NCBI GenBank assembly: GCA_963555825.3
Contig: CAUVXB020000002.1
Location: 2,912,001 to 2,976,000 of the forward strand
Reading direction: 5' to 3'
From: Alphaproteobacteria bacterium
Lineage (GTDB): Bacteria; Pseudomonadota; Alphaproteobacteria; JAAXGF01
DNA length: 64,000 nucleotides
Positions 1 through 12,037 of the stretch are shown one piece after another; position 1 is the stretch's first letter; every line of letters begins with the position of its first letter. The notes beneath the pieces are model-generated. The model was not told where the DNA came from, did no database searches, and was given only the letters and a program-made list of their open reading frames with translations. The translations under genes and the position numbers were made by a program.

Positions 1-2
1 CG

Positions 3-1370
3 GATGCCGCCGCCGTACTGGACAGAGAGGATTCACGGGGCGCCGAGGCGCGCGCCGAACTCGCCGCCCGCACACAGCGTTCGCGCGAGGTCGCCGAGAA
101 GTCCAGCGATCTGCTGGCGCTCGAGGTCGTGCCGACCTTCGAGATGCCGCACCCGATCTATATCGAGCGCGCCGAGGGCGCCCGGCTGACCGACGTCGAC
201 GGCAACGACTATATCGACCTGACCATGGGCTTCGGCCCGCACGTCCTGGGCCACCGACCCAAGGCGATCGAGGACGCGATGCACGACCAGCTCGCCAAGG
301 GCTGGCACGTCGGCCTGCACAATCCGCTTCAGGCCGAGCTCGCCGCGCTCTTGCGAGAGGCATCGAATTGCGGCGATCAGGCGATATTCTGCAATTCGGG
401 CACCGAGGCGACGATGTACGGCATGCGCATCGCGCGCGCCTTCACCGGCAAGGACCGGGTCGCGCTGTTCGACGGCAACTACCACGGCGCGCACGACTAC
501 GCGCTGGTCAAGGCCGACGGCGACAGCCCGCGCGCCAAGCCGGGCGCCAAGCTGCTGGGCCGCGGCGTGCCCGAGGTGATCAAGGACGACACCATGGTGA
601 TGCTGCCGTACCACGACGCGGCGGCCTACGACATCATCCGCGCGCACGCCGACGATCTCGCGCTGGTCATGGTCCAGCCGGTGCAGAACACGGTGCCGCG
701 CATCGACAATGCGAAATTTTTGCAGGGCCTCGCCGAGGTCTGCCGCGAGACCGGCGTGCTGCTGCTGCTTGACGAGGTGGTCACCGGCTTCCGGCTCGGC
801 TATGGCGGCGGCCAGGCGCTCTACGGCATCACGCCGGACCTCGCGACCTACGGCAAGGCGCTCGGCGGCGGCATGCCGATCGGCGCGCTGACCGGCCGGG
901 CCGAGATCATGGCGGCCTTCGGCAAGGGCTGGGGCGCGCCCGACGGCGTCTTCTCGGGCGGCACATTCTCGGGCAACCCGATCACCATGGCGGCGGGTAT
1001 CGCCATGCTCAGCTACCTCAAGGAACACCGGGACGAGGTCTACCCGCATCTCGATGAGCAGAGCGAGCGGCTGGCCAGCGCGGTCAACGGCTTCTGCCAG
1101 GAGCACCAGATGGGCGTCCAGCTGATGAACGCCGGCTCGATTTTCTATCTGCACTTCCAGCGCGAGCCGATCGAGACGTCACGCGACGTGACGCGCGAGA
1201 ACCCGCAAGCCGAGCGCGAGTTCTACCTGCACCTGCTGAACCACGGCGTCATCGTGCCGGGCATCCACCTGTTCTTCCTGTCGGCCGCGCACACCGCTGC
1301 CGACGTGGATGCGATCATCGAGGCCTTCATGCAGTCCTTCCTCGACGTCCGCGCCGACGGGCTGCTGTAG
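3..1370 (+). CDS. Class III PLP aminotransferase (glutamate-1-semialdehyde aminomutase-like), 5' end outside window
   Basis: Frame open from position 3; motifs DVDGNDYIDL, NSGTEATM, LLDEVVTGFR, TYGKALGGG, GTFSGNP. Confidence 0.85.
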   Translation, partial: DAAAVLDREDSRGAEARAELAARTQRSREVAEKSSDLLALEVVPTFEMPHPIYIERAEGARLTDVDGNDYIDLTMGFGPHVLGHRPKAIEDAMHDQLAKGWHVGLHNPLQAELAALLREASNCGDQAIFCNSGTEATMYGMRIARAFTGKDRVALFDGNYHGAHDYALVKADGDSPRAKPGAKLLGRGVPEVIKDDTMVMLPYHDAAAYDIIRAHADDLALVMVQPVQNTVPRIDNAKFLQGLAEVCRETGVLLLLDEVVTGFRLGYGGGQALYGITPDLATYGKALGGGMPIGALTGRAEIMAAFGKGWGAPDGVFSGGTFSGNPITMAAGIAMLSYLKEHRDEVYPHLDEQSERLASAVNGFCQEHQMGVQLMNAGSIFYLHFQREPIETSRDVTRENPQAEREFYLHLLNHGVIVPGIHLFFLSAAHTAADVDAIIEAFMQSFLDVRADGLL

Positions 1371-1447
1371 GCTCGTGCGCTTGACCGGCTGCGCGGCCGG
1401 TTCGTAGAGTCCATTCAAACGGCAAACCAAGGAAGGGAGGCCGCGCC

Positions 1448-3091
1448 GTGCACGGGCTGATGATGGACATGCCCCTGCTGATCCCGTCGCTGATACGGCA
1501 CGGGGCGCAGTGTCATGGCTCGGTCGAGATCGTCTCGCAGACGGTCGAGGGGCCGATCCATCGCTATACCTACGCCGACGCCTACGCGCGCATCCAGCGG
1601 CTCGCCAACGCGCTCGTGGCGCTTGGCGTCGGTCCCGGCGACCGCGTCGCGACGCTCGCCTGGAACGGCTACCGGCACTTCGAGCTCTACTACGGCATCT
1701 CAGGCATCGGCGCGGTGTGCCACACCGTCAACCCGCGCCTGTTCCAAGACCAGATCGCCTACATCATCAATCACGCGGCCGACCGCTTCATTTTCGTCGA
1801 TTTGACGTTCGTGCCGCTGCTCGAGGAACTTATCGACCAAATACCCGGTGTCGAGGGCTTCGTCGTGATGACCGACGAAGCGCATATGCCGGAAACCAGC
1901 CTGCCCAACGCGATGTGTTACGAGTCGCTGGTGAACGACCAGCCGGCCGAATACGAATGGCCGCTCTTGGACGAGCGCACCGCCTCGGCGCTGTGCTACA
2001 CCTCGGGCACCACGGGCAACCCAAAGGGCGTGCTCTACAGCCACCGCTCGACCGTGATCCACTCGCTCGGCATCCTGGTTTGCTCCATCGCCATGCGCGC
2101 GACCGACACGGTGCTGCCCGTCGTGCCAATGTTCCACGTCCAGTCGTGGGGCGTGCCGCACGCGGCGCCCGTCATCGGCGCCAAGCTGGTGTTCGCCGGG
2201 CCGCACTCCGACGGCGAGACGTTGCAGCGCCTGTTCGCCGACGAGCAGGTCACCGTCTCGCTCGGCGTGCCGACGATCTGGCTCGGCCTGCTCGACTACC
2301 TGCGTTCCTCGGGCAAGCGCATCGACAGCTTGCGCACGTTCCTGAGCGGCGGCGCCGCCCCGCCGTTCTCGATGATCGAGGCCTTCGAGAACGACTACGG
2401 GGTCGACGTCAACCACGGCTGGGGCATGACCGAGACCAGCCCGGTGGCGGCCGCCGGCATCAACCGCAAGGTGCTCGAGCCGCTCGCCCACGACGCCCGG
2501 CTCCGCGAGAAACTCAAGCAGGGTCAGGTGCTCTTCGGTGTCGAGATGAAGATCGTCGACGACGACGGCAACCGGCTGCCGCACGACGGCGCGGCGGCCG
2601 GCGAGCTGCTGGTGCGCGGGCCCTGGGTGACGAGCGGCTATTTCGACGACGACGAAGCCAACGCGGTCGCCTTCGACGCCGAGGGCTGGTTCCGAACCGG
2701 CGATGTCTGCGCGATCGATCCGACCGGCCACGTGATGATCACCGACCGCACCAAGGACCTGATCAAGTCGGGCGGCGAATGGATCTCCTCGATCGATCTC
2801 GAGGGCACGGCGATGGGCCACCCGGACGTCGCCGAGGCCGCGGCGATCGCCATGCCGCACCCGAAATGGACCGAACGCCCGATGCTCGTCGTCGTGCCCC
2901 GCGATGGCGCCGCGCTGACCCGCGACGACGTTCTGGCATACCTGGACGGCAAAATCGTCAAGTGGTGGATGCCCGACGACGTGGTATTCACCGATGAGCT
3001 GCCGCACACCGCGACCGGCAAGGTCTCCAAGGTGCGGCTGCGCGAGCGCTATGCCGATCACGTTCTGCCGACGATCAACGAAACGCAGTAG
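1448..3091 (+). CDS. Medium/long-chain acyl-CoA ligase (DmdB/AlkK-like)
   Basis: AMP-binding [36 protein letters not shown]; SD GGGAGG before GTG. Confidence 0.9.
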   Translation: MHGLMMDMPLLIPSLIRHGAQCHGSVEIVSQTVEGPIHRYTYADAYARIQRLANALVALGVGPGDRVATLAWNGYRHFELYYGISGIGAVCHTVNPRLFQDQIAYIINHAADRFIFVDLTFVPLLEELIDQIPGVEGFVVMTDEAHMPETSLPNAMCYESLVNDQPAEYEWPLLDERTASALCYTSGTTGNPKGVLYSHRSTVIHSLGILVCSIAMRATDTVLPVVPMFHVQSWGVPHAAPVIGAKLVFAGPHSDGETLQRLFADEQVTVSLGVPTIWLGLLDYLRSSGKRIDSLRTFLSGGAAPPFSMIEAFENDYGVDVNHGWGMTETSPVAAAGINRKVLEPLAHDARLREKLKQGQVLFGVEMKIVDDDGNRLPHDGAAAGELLVRGPWVTSGYFDDDEANAVAFDAEGWFRTGDVCAIDPTGHVMITDRTKDLIKSGGEWISSIDLEGTAMGHPDVAEAAAIAMPHPKWTERPMLVVVPRDGAALTRDDVLAYLDGKIVKWWMPDDVVFTDELPHTATGKVSKVRLRERYADHVLPTINETQ

Positions 3092-3096
3092 GGACC

Positions 3097-4311
<1,215 letters not shown>

Positions 4312-4373
4312 TCGCCGCGGGAACGCCGGATAGGCTCCGCGCGCACTAGGGAAGGACGGGGTGAACTGGCGCC

Positions 4374-6470
4374 ATGAGCGAACTCGTCGACTATGACAAG
4401 CGCGGCGCCGTCGCGGTCATCACGGTACAGAACCCGCCGGTCAACGCGCTGAGCTTCGGCGTGCCCGACGGCATCATCGACGGCCTCGCGCGCGCGGCCG
4501 CCGACGACGCGGTCGCCGCCGTTGTGCTGATCGGCGGCGGCCGCACCTTCATCGCCGGCGCCGACATCCGCCAATTCGGCAAGCCCCGGCCGCCCGGCAC
4601 CGCCTCGACGCTCGAGCTGATCGACCGCCTCGAGACCTCGCCCAAGCCGGTCGTCGCGGCGATCCACGGCACCGCGTTGGGCGGCGGCCTCGAGGTCGCG
4701 ATGGGCTGCCACTGGCGCTGCGCCGTGGCGGGCGCGCGCCTCGGCCAGCCCGAGGTCAAGCTCGGCATCCTGCCCGGCGCCGGCGGCACCCAGCGCCTGC
4801 CGCGCCTGATCGGCGTCGCCAACGCGCTCGACATGATCGTCGGCGGCGAACCGATCACCGCCGCCCAGGCGGCCCCCATGGGCCTGATCGACGAGGTCGT
4901 CGAGGGCGATCTCGCCGCCGGCGCGGTCGCCTTCGCGGCCAAGGTCGCGGCCGGTTCCGCGCCCTTGCGCAAGGCGCGCGACGGCGACGACAAACTGCAG
5001 GACGGCCGCGACGACCCCGGCCTGTTCGACGCCGCCCGCAAGAAGATCGAACGGAGGGCGCGCGGCCAGCTCGCGCCGTGGCGCTGCATCGATTGTGTCG
5101 AGAACGCCGTCAAGCTGCCGTTCGACGAGGGCATCACGCAAGAACGCCGCTTGTTCGACGAATGCCTCGCCTCGCCGCAGTCGGCGGCGCTGCGTCACGC
5201 CTTCTTCGCCGAGCGCGCCGCCAACAAGGTCGCGGGCATCACCAAGGAGACGCCGACCATGGCGGTCGCGCGCGGCGGCGTCATCGGCGCCGGCACCATG
5301 GGTGGCGGCATCGCCATGAACTTCGCCAACGCCGGCATCCCGGTACACCTCACCGACGCCTCGCAAGAATTGTTGGACGCGGGGCTGGCGCGCATCCGCT
5401 CGAACTACGAGCGCTCGGTCAGGTCGGGCCGTTTCGATATGGCCGAGGTCGAGCGGCGCATGGCGCTGATCGAGCCGACGCTCGATCTGGCCGATTTCGC
5501 CGATGTCGATTTCGTCATCGAGGCAGTGTTCGAGGAGCTTCAAATCAAGAAGGACATGTTCCGCAAGCTCGACGCAGTGTGCAAGCCCGACGCGATCATC
5601 GCGTCGAACACGTCGTATCTGAACGTCGACGTCATCGCCGCCGAGACGCGCCGCGCCGGCAAGGTGCTGGGCACCCATTTCTTCAGCCCGGCCAACGTCA
5701 TGCGTCTCTTGGAGATCGTCCGTGGCGCCGAGACCTCGGCCGAGACGCTGGCCACGACGGTCCGGCTCGCCAAGTCCATGGGCAAGGTCGGCGTCGTCGT
5801 CGGCGTATGTCCCGGCTTCGTCGGCAACCGTATGCTGTCGGGCTACTTCCGCGAGGCGAACCTGCTGATCCTCGAGGGCGCGCTGCCGCAGCAGATCGAT
5901 GCGGTGATCTATGGCTTCGGTTTCAACATGGGGCCGTTCGCGGTCGGCGACCTGGCCGGTCTCGACATCGGCTGGCGCTCGCGCAAGGACCGCGGCGTCT
6001 CGAACACCGAGCCCCAGGGGCGCATCCCGGATGCGCTCTGCGAGCTGGGCCGCTTCGGCCAGAAGACCGGCGCCGGCTGGTACCGCTACGAGGCGGGCAA
6101 CCGCGCGCCGACCCCCGACCCCGACGTCGAGGCGCTGATCGAGAAGACCTCGGCCGAGATGGGCATCACCCGCCGCGCGATCGACGACGATGAGATCCTG
6201 GCGCGCTGCCTCTACCCGCTGATCAACATCGGCGCCAACATCCTGGAAGAGGGCATGGCGGCGCGCGCGTCCGACATCGACACCATCTGGCTCAATGGCT
6301 ACGGTTTCCCGCCCTATCGCGGTGGGCCAATGTTCTATGCCGACCAAACCGGCCTGGCCGAAGTTCACGACACCATCTGCCGCTTCCACGAAACCCACGG
6401 CGCCGCCTGGGAGCCGGCCCCGCTGCTCGCCCGCCTGGCCCGCGAGGGCAGGGGCTTCGGCGACCTCTAG
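4374..6470 (+). CDS. Bifunctional enoyl-CoA hydratase / 3-hydroxyacyl-CoA dehydrogenase
   Basis: ALGGGLE, PEVKLGILPGAGGTQRLPR, GAGTMGGGIA, HFFSPANVM. Confidence 0.92.
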   Translation: MSELVDYDKRGAVAVITVQNPPVNALSFGVPDGIIDGLARAAADDAVAAVVLIGGGRTFIAGADIRQFGKPRPPGTASTLELIDRLETSPKPVVAAIHGTALGGGLEVAMGCHWRCAVAGARLGQPEVKLGILPGAGGTQRLPRLIGVANALDMIVGGEPITAAQAAPMGLIDEVVEGDLAAGAVAFAAKVAAGSAPLRKARDGDDKLQDGRDDPGLFDAARKKIERRARGQLAPWRCIDCVENAVKLPFDEGITQERRLFDECLASPQSAALRHAFFAERAANKVAGITKETPTMAVARGGVIGAGTMGGGIAMNFANAGIPVHLTDASQELLDAGLARIRSNYERSVRSGRFDMAEVERRMALIEPTLDLADFADVDFVIEAVFEELQIKKDMFRKLDAVCKPDAIIASNTSYLNVDVIAAETRRAGKVLGTHFFSPANVMRLLEIVRGAETSAETLATTVRLAKSMGKVGVVVGVCPGFVGNRMLSGYFREANLLILEGALPQQIDAVIYGFGFNMGPFAVGDLAGLDIGWRSRKDRGVSNTEPQGRIPDALCELGRFGQKTGAGWYRYEAGNRAPTPDPDVEALIEKTSAEMGITRRAIDDDEILARCLYPLINIGANILEEGMAARASDIDTIWLNGYGFPPYRGGPMFYADQTGLAEVHDTICRFHETHGAAWEPAPLLARLAREGRGFGDL

Positions 6471-6488
6471 GAGACCTGGGAGAACCCG

Positions 6489-7673
6489 ATGACCGACGCC
6501 GTTATCGTTTCCACCGCGCGCACGCCGATCGGCAAGGCCTATCGCGGCGCCTTCAACAACACCCACGGCGCCGTGCTCGGCGGCCACGTCATCGAGCACG
6601 CCGTCGCGCGCGCCGGGGTCGAGGCGGGCGAGGTCGAGGACGTCATCATGGGCGTCGGCCTGCCCGAGGGCGCGGCGGGCCACAACATCGCGCGGCAATG
6701 CGCGATCCGCGCCGGCCTGCCGGTCACCACCTCGGGCGTCACGGTCAACCGGTTTTGCAGTTCCGGGCTGCAGACCATCGCGATGGCCGCCCAGCGAGTC
6801 ATCGTCGACAAGGTACCGGTCATGGTCGCCGGCGGCATGGATTCGATCTCGCTGGTGCAGAACGAGCACCAGAACAATTTCCGCGCCCACGACGCCTGGA
6901 TCGATCAGCACAAGCCCGACCTCTACATGGCCATGATCGACACCGCCGAGGTCGTCGCCGAGCGCTATGGCATCTCCCGTGAGGCGCAGGACGCATACGC
7001 CGTCGAGAGCCAGGCGCGCACCGCCGCGGGGCAGGAGGCAGGCCGCTTCGACGACGAGATCGTGCCACTCGCCACGGTCAAGATCGTCACCGACAAGGCG
7101 ACCGGCGAGACCAGCGAGCAGGCCGTCACGCTGGACAAGGACGAAGGCAACCGGCCGGGGACTTCGTTGGAGGGGCTGGGCGGCCTGCCGCCGGTGCGCG
7201 GCGAGGACCACTGCATCACCGCGGGCAACGCGAGCCAGCTCTCCGACGGCGCCTCGGCTTGCGTCGTCATGGACGGCAAGCTCGCCGAGCGGCGCGGCCT
7301 CGAGCCCTTGGGCGTCTTCCGCGGCTTCACCGTGGCCGGCTGCGAGCCCGACGAGATGGGCATCGGCCCGGTCTTCGCCGTGCCGCGCCTCTTGGAGCGC
7401 AACGGGCTCGCCGTCGACGACATCGACCTCTGGGAGCTCAACGAGGCGTTCGCCGTGCAGGTGCTGTATTGCCGCGAGCGCCTCGGTATCCCGGCCGACA
7501 AGCTCAACGTCGACGGCGGCGCGATCTCGATCGGCCATCCCTACGGCATGTCGGGCGCCCGGCTCGCCGGCCACGCGCTGATCGAGGGCAAGCGGCGCGG
7601 CGCCAGATACGTCGTCACGACCATGTGCGTCGGCGGCGGCATGGGCGCGGCCGGCCTGTTCGAGATTGCCTAG
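6489..7673 (+). CDS. Acetyl-CoA C-acyltransferase (thiolase)
   Basis: [29 protein letters not shown]. Confidence 0.93.
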   Translation: MTDAVIVSTARTPIGKAYRGAFNNTHGAVLGGHVIEHAVARAGVEAGEVEDVIMGVGLPEGAAGHNIARQCAIRAGLPVTTSGVTVNRFCSSGLQTIAMAAQRVIVDKVPVMVAGGMDSISLVQNEHQNNFRAHDAWIDQHKPDLYMAMIDTAEVVAERYGISREAQDAYAVESQARTAAGQEAGRFDDEIVPLATVKIVTDKATGETSEQAVTLDKDEGNRPGTSLEGLGGLPPVRGEDHCITAGNASQLSDGASACVVMDGKLAERRGLEPLGVFRGFTVAGCEPDEMGIGPVFAVPRLLERNGLAVDDIDLWELNEAFAVQVLYCRERLGIPADKLNVDGGAISIGHPYGMSGARLAGHALIEGKRRGARYVVTTMCVGGGMGAAGLFEIA

Positions 7674-7805
7674 ATTTGTCCGGCCACCTTCATTGGTGCG
7701 GTCACCTTACGGTGACCTGCGCTCAATCGCCGCGTATGCTTCCGCCGAACGGTCGGCGGCCTGCGGTCGCAGGCTGGTGTATTAAGGTCGGTTCGAATCG
7801 ACTAG
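7670..7805 (+). repeat. Copy A of TAG-anchored palindromic dispersed repeat
   Basis: 24-nt identity TGACCTGCGCTCAATCGCCGCGTA (7713-7736) with reverse complement of 50053-50076; hairpin GGTCACC-ttac-GGTGACC; CTAG at both ends. Confidence 0.7.
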
Positions 7806-7812
7806 CTGTGGA

Positions 7813-8880
7813 ATGGTAGCTCACGACCCCGAGGTCATCGAGGTCCGCGCCGACGAGTCGCTCGACCTCACGCGGCTCGAACCCTACTTGCGCGAGCACC
7901 TCGCGGGCGCCGAGGGGCCGCTCGCGGTCGAGCAGTTCGGCGGCGGCCACGCCAACCTGACCTATCTGTTCCGCTTCAGCACCCGCGAGTTCGTCGTGCG
8001 CCGGCCGCCGCTCGGCCCGGTCGCCGCCACGGCGCACGACATGTCGCGCGAGCACCGCGTGCTTTCGGTGCTGCACCGGGCCTATCCGCTGGCGCCCGAG
8101 AGCTTCCACCTGTGCCAGGACCACGACATCATCGGCGTCGATTTCCTGGTCATGGAGCGGCGCGACGGCTTCGTCATCCGCGCCGACCTGCCCGAACGGT
8201 TGCGCGGCGATGCCCGCCTGGCGCGCCGCATCGGCGAGATGGTCATCGACTGCCTGGCCGATCTGCACCGGGTCGACCCGGCCGCCGTCGGGCTCGACGA
8301 TTTCGGCCGGCCCGAGGGTTTCGCCGAGCGCCAGGTCGACGGCTGGACCAGGCGCTGGCACGCCGCCAAGGACTCGGAGATCAACCGCATGGATGCGCTG
8401 GCCGCCTGGCTCGCCGAGCGGATCCCCGAAACCGGCGCCGAGTGCCTGGTGCACAACGACTTCAAGCTCGACAATATGATGGTCGCCGACGACGATCCGG
8501 CGCGCGCCGTCGCGGTCTTCGACTGGGACATGTGCACGCGCGGCGATCCGCTGATGGACTTGGGCTATCTGCTGACCTTCTGGCCGCAAGCCGACGACCC
8601 CGAGCATTGGCGCCGGGCCTCGCCCGCGCCGATGTGGCGCGACGGCTTCCCGAGCCGCGCCGAAGTGATCGACCGCTATGCCGAGCGGACCGGTTTCGCC
8701 ATGCACGACGTCGTCTGGTACCAGGCCTGGGGCGCCTTCAAGCTCGCCGTCATCCTGCAGCAGATCTACATCCGCTGGCTGCGTGGCCAGACACAAGACC
8801 AGCGTTTCGCCCCGATGGGCGAACGCGTCGCCGCGCTGATCGAGCGGGGTTGCGTGATCGCGGGGCTTGGCGACGTGTAA
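7813..8880 (+). CDS. Phosphotransferase (APH/choline-kinase-like, ACAD10/11 N-terminal type)
   Basis: GGHANLTY, RRPPLG..AHDMSRE, HNDFKLDN, VFDWDMCTRGDPLMDLG. Confidence 0.88.
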   Translation: MVAHDPEVIEVRADESLDLTRLEPYLREHLAGAEGPLAVEQFGGGHANLTYLFRFSTREFVVRRPPLGPVAATAHDMSREHRVLSVLHRAYPLAPESFHLCQDHDIIGVDFLVMERRDGFVIRADLPERLRGDARLARRIGEMVIDCLADLHRVDPAAVGLDDFGRPEGFAERQVDGWTRRWHAAKDSEINRMDALAAWLAERIPETGAECLVHNDFKLDNMMVADDDPARAVAVFDWDMCTRGDPLMDLGYLLTFWPQADDPEHWRRASPAPMWRDGFPSRAEVIDRYAERTGFAMHDVVWYQAWGAFKLAVILQQIYIRWLRGQTQDQRFAPMGERVAALIERGCVIAGLGDV

Positions 8881-8913
8881 CCACGACGCGCCGGTTCCCA
8901 ATCGCGCCACGAT

Positions 8914-8985
8914 TGCCCGCTTGCCGCGCCAAACGCGGTGTCCGGAGCGCCATCGCCGAATGTCGGCTTATGATGCGGCGGACAT
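8914..8985 (-). repeat. Composite GTCCGC/GCGGAC hairpin element directly after FGE gene stop
   Basis: Colinear with 18198-18272 over ~72 nt (ATGTCCGCC..AGCCGA..GGCGAT..CGGA..GTTYGGNGCGGYAAGCGG). Confidence 0.65.
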
Positions 8986-9779
8986 CAGAGCGATCGGGCA
9001 ACACGGAAACCGACGATGTTCATGCGGTCGACGGGTGCGGTCCCGTAGCGGTTCCCGGCGTGGAGAACCCGGGGACCGTAGCTCCAGGCACCGCTGCGAA
9101 GGACGCGGAGACAATCGGGTGTATCCGAAATCGAGCGCCCATCTGTCGGCGCGCCATCGTAGCTTTCCGCGTAACAGTCCTGCACCCATTCCAAGGCGTT
9201 GCCATGCACGTCGTAAAGGCCGAATTCGTTCGGCGCGTACTGGCCGGTTGGAACCGTCTTATTGCTGTCATTCGCCTTTGATACGTCGAATTCGTCGCCC
9301 CAATGATACTGGGTCGTCGTGCCCGCGCGCGCGGCGTATTCCCACTGGGCCTCGCTCAACAAATGGTACGGCTCATCGTGTACTTTGGAATTGAGCCAGG
9401 CGACGAAAATGTGGGTATCGTGCCACGACACCTCGATCACCGGCCGGCGGCCCTTGCCCCAACCATTGTCGCCGCCTGATTCGGTCACCGGACCATTGTC
9501 GCAAGCGGCTTCCGCCACGCAGGCCTCCCATTCGTCCCACATCACTTCGTATTTGCCGACCGCGAAGGGCTTGGCGATGGTCACCCGATGCACCGGCTTT
9601 TCATCATAGCGTCCGCTCGTCGACCCCATCATGAAATGGCCCTCGGGCACGACCACCATCTCCGGGCATGTCGGGCAGTCGCGGAATGTCGCGCCTGGTT
9701 TGAAATGCTCTTCGGCCAGCCCCTTCGAGACCGTTAGGCTCGCCGCCATCATGACCATAACGAAAAGGGACCGGAACAT
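8985..9779 (-). CDS. Secreted FGE-sulfatase (formylglycine-generating enzyme family) domain protein
   Basis: Signal peptide; FRDCPTCPEMVVVP, LSEAQWEYAARAG, PNEFGLYDVHGNALEWVQD, GFRVAR; catalytic Cys pair of true FGE absent. Confidence 0.88.
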   Translation of the reverse strand: MFRSLFVMVMMAASLTVSKGLAEEHFKPGATFRDCPTCPEMVVVPEGHFMMGSTSGRYDEKPVHRVTIAKPFAVGKYEVMWDEWEACVAEAACDNGPVTESGGDNGWGKGRRPVIEVSWHDTHIFVAWLNSKVHDEPYHLLSEAQWEYAARAGTTTQYHWGDEFDVSKANDSNKTVPTGQYAPNEFGLYDVHGNALEWVQDCYAESYDGAPTDGRSISDTPDCLRVLRSGAWSYGPRVLHAGNRYGTAPVDRMNIVGFRVARSL

Positions 9780-9875
9780 CGCCGCCTCCGTCGTCGTTCG
9801 ATCTGCGCACGACGAGGGTAGTACCTTGCGGGCCGCTCCTCAAGGAGCACAAGCGCGAGCCGATGGAGCAAGCCG

Positions 9876-9965
9876 TCTGGCGGCGGCGGCCGCCCTCTTG
9901 TCCCGATAAGACTGGCGCGGGCTGGCATCGCCCGACCGTTTCCGATCGATCGGACAATGCGCTAG
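9876..9965 (+). repeat. Copy D (3' half) of TAG-anchored palindromic repeat
   Basis: CCCTCTTGTCCCGATAAGACTGGCGCGGGCTGGCAT matches reverse complement of ~49970-50010; ends at CTAG overlapping VOC stop. Confidence 0.6.
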
Positions 9966-10423
9966 TCGGTCACGCCCGCCAGGTCGACCGGGTCGGCGAT
10001 GGCGCCGATCTCGGCCATCATCCGCTTCGACGCGCCGTCGTTCGGAACGCGCTGGTGGAAGACCTCGAGCCGGTGGCCGTCGGGGTCGCGGAAATAGACG
10101 CCGTAGGAGACGCCGTGATCGACGACCGCCTCGATCGTCACGGCCCGCTCGACGAGCCGCGCGTGGAACCGCTTGAGATCGTCGAGGCCGCCGTCGAGCT
10201 CGAAGGCGACGTGCTGCAGCTCGGCGTGGCTCATCTCGCCGTCGCCCGCCGCCTTGAACAGCGCGATGTCGTGATCGCGCGTGCCGAACGACAGGAAGAC
10301 GCCGGGCACTCCCTCGAAGCGCGTCACGATCTCCATGCCGAGCAGATCGCAATACCACGCGGCCGAGGCATCGGGATCGCTGGCGTAGAGGACGACGTGG
10401 CCGACATGTCTGATGCGTGTCAT
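9962..10423 (-). CDS. VOC (glyoxalase/extradiol dioxygenase-like) family protein
   Basis: Start MTRIRHVGHVVL with SD GGGAGG; LQHVAF, YFRDPDGHRLE. Confidence 0.85.
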   Translation of the reverse strand: MTRIRHVGHVVLYASDPDASAAWYCDLLGMEIVTRFEGVPGVFLSFGTRDHDIALFKAAGDGEMSHAELQHVAFELDGGLDDLKRFHARLVERAVTIEAVVDHGVSYGVYFRDPDGHRLEVFHQRVPNDGASKRMMAEIGAIADPVDLAGVTD

Positions 10424-10510
10424 GGTCACCTCCCGTCGATGAACGCGGCGCCGACGAGCATAGCACGGCCGCGCGACGTTGCTGTAAGCTGGGATCAAGG
10501 AGGACAGCCG

Positions 10511-11545
10511 ATGCCCGACGACGTCAACCGCCAGATCCTGCTCGCCTCGCGCCCCGATGGCGCACCGACGCCCGACAACTTCAGCCTCGTCGAAAGCGCC
10601 ATTCCGGTGCCCGGCGACGGCGAGTTTCTGTGCCGCATCGTCTATACCTCGATCGACCCCTATATGCGCGGGCGCATGAGCGACGCCAAGTCGTACACCG
10701 CGCCGACCGGCATCGGCGACGTGATGGGCGGCGGCTCGGTCGGTCAGGTCGTCGCCTCGCGGGTCGACGGCTTCGCGGCGGGCGATTTCGTGCTGACCTA
10801 CAACGGCTGGCAGGAATACGCGGTCAACGGGCCGAAGGGCGTGCGCAAGCTCGATCCGGCCGCCGCGCCGATCTCGACCGCGCTCGGCGTGCTCGGCATG
10901 CCGGGCATGACCGCCTATAGCGGGCTGCTCGAGATCGGCAAGCCTGCGGACGGCGAGACCCTGGTCGTCGCCGCCGCCTCGGGCCCGGTCGGCGGCACCG
11001 TCGGCCAGATCGCCAAGATCAAGGGCTGCCGCGCCGTCGGCGTCGCCGGCGGGGCCGAGAAATGCGCCTTCGTTACCGACGAACTGGGCTTCGACGCCTG
11101 CATCGATCACCGGGCTGCGGACTTTCCGGAGCGGCTCGCCGCCGCCTGTCCCGACGGCATCGACGTCTATTTCGAGAACGTTTCCGGCCACGTCTTCGAC
11201 GCCGTCTTTCCGCTCTTGAACCCATTCGCGCGGATCCCCGTGTGCGGCCTGATCGCGCGCTACAACGCGACCGAGCTGCCGCCCGGCCCCGACCGCCTGC
11301 CGATGCTGTTCCGCGACGTTCTGACCAAGAAGCTGACCATCCGCGGCTTCATCGTCACCGACTTCCACGCCCGCCAAGCCGACTTCCTCAGCGACGTCGG
11401 CCAGTGGATCGGCGAGGGCCGCATCCGCTACCGCGAGGACATCGTCGAGGGGCTCGAGAACACACCCGATGCCTTCATCGGCCTGCTCGGCGGCGGCAAC
11501 TTCGGCAAACTTCTGGTCCGCCTGGCGCCCGACCCGACACGCTGA
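10511..11545 (+). CDS. NADP-dependent oxidoreductase (CurA/YncB, PTGR family)
   Basis: SD GGAGGA; SIDPYMRGRM, LGMPGMTAY, AASGPVG, GNFGKLLV. Confidence 0.9.
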   Translation: MPDDVNRQILLASRPDGAPTPDNFSLVESAIPVPGDGEFLCRIVYTSIDPYMRGRMSDAKSYTAPTGIGDVMGGGSVGQVVASRVDGFAAGDFVLTYNGWQEYAVNGPKGVRKLDPAAAPISTALGVLGMPGMTAYSGLLEIGKPADGETLVVAAASGPVGGTVGQIAKIKGCRAVGVAGGAEKCAFVTDELGFDACIDHRAADFPERLAAACPDGIDVYFENVSGHVFDAVFPLLNPFARIPVCGLIARYNATELPPGPDRLPMLFRDVLTKKLTIRGFIVTDFHARQADFLSDVGQWIGEGRIRYREDIVEGLENTPDAFIGLLGGGNFGKLLVRLAPDPTR

Positions 11546-11586
11546 CTCGGCTGCGCCGATTGGAACGTGTGCCCGCGCCAGCGACA

Positions 11587-11669
11587 GACCGCTATCGGGC
11601 GGCAAGCAGACGCCGCGGCGTGGCACGCCTAATGTCGGCTCCTGGCTGAGGGTGCCAGGAGGAGACATT
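11587..11669 (+). repeat. Two GTCCGC-type hairpin units upstream of cyclase gene
   Basis: GACCGCTATCGGGCGGCAAGCAGAC (11587-11611) and 16-bp-arm hairpin AATGTCGGCTCCTGGC..GCCAGGAGGAGACATT (11631-11669). Confidence 0.6.
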
Positions 11670-12037
11670 GAGGTCTCGTCGTTAGACTCCACCCACCGCC
11701 TTCCCTAAACTACCACCCATAACAAAATTGAAACGGGGGTTACGCCCGTGGCCCGGGAGGGTATCGAACGCAGGCTTGCCGCGATCCTGAGCGCCAATGT
11801 GGTCGGCTACAGCCGCCTAATGGGCAAGGACGACGCCGGCACGCTCGCCGCGCTCAAGGCGCTGCGTAAGGAGTTGTTCGCCCCCACGGTTGCTGAGCAT
11901 CACGGCCGCATCGTGAAGCTGATGGGGGATGGGGCTCTGGTCGAGTTTCCGAGCGTCGTTGACGCGGTGGAATGCGCCGTCGCAGTGCAATGCGGCATGG
12001 CCGAGCGAGCTATTGTCAAAAGTTGTGTATGGGCTGA

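Noticed and set aside
8985-9779. FGE (C-type lectin fold) gene as a diversity-generating retroelement target
   Set aside because: No reverse transcriptase and no template repeat of its 3' end seen in the window.
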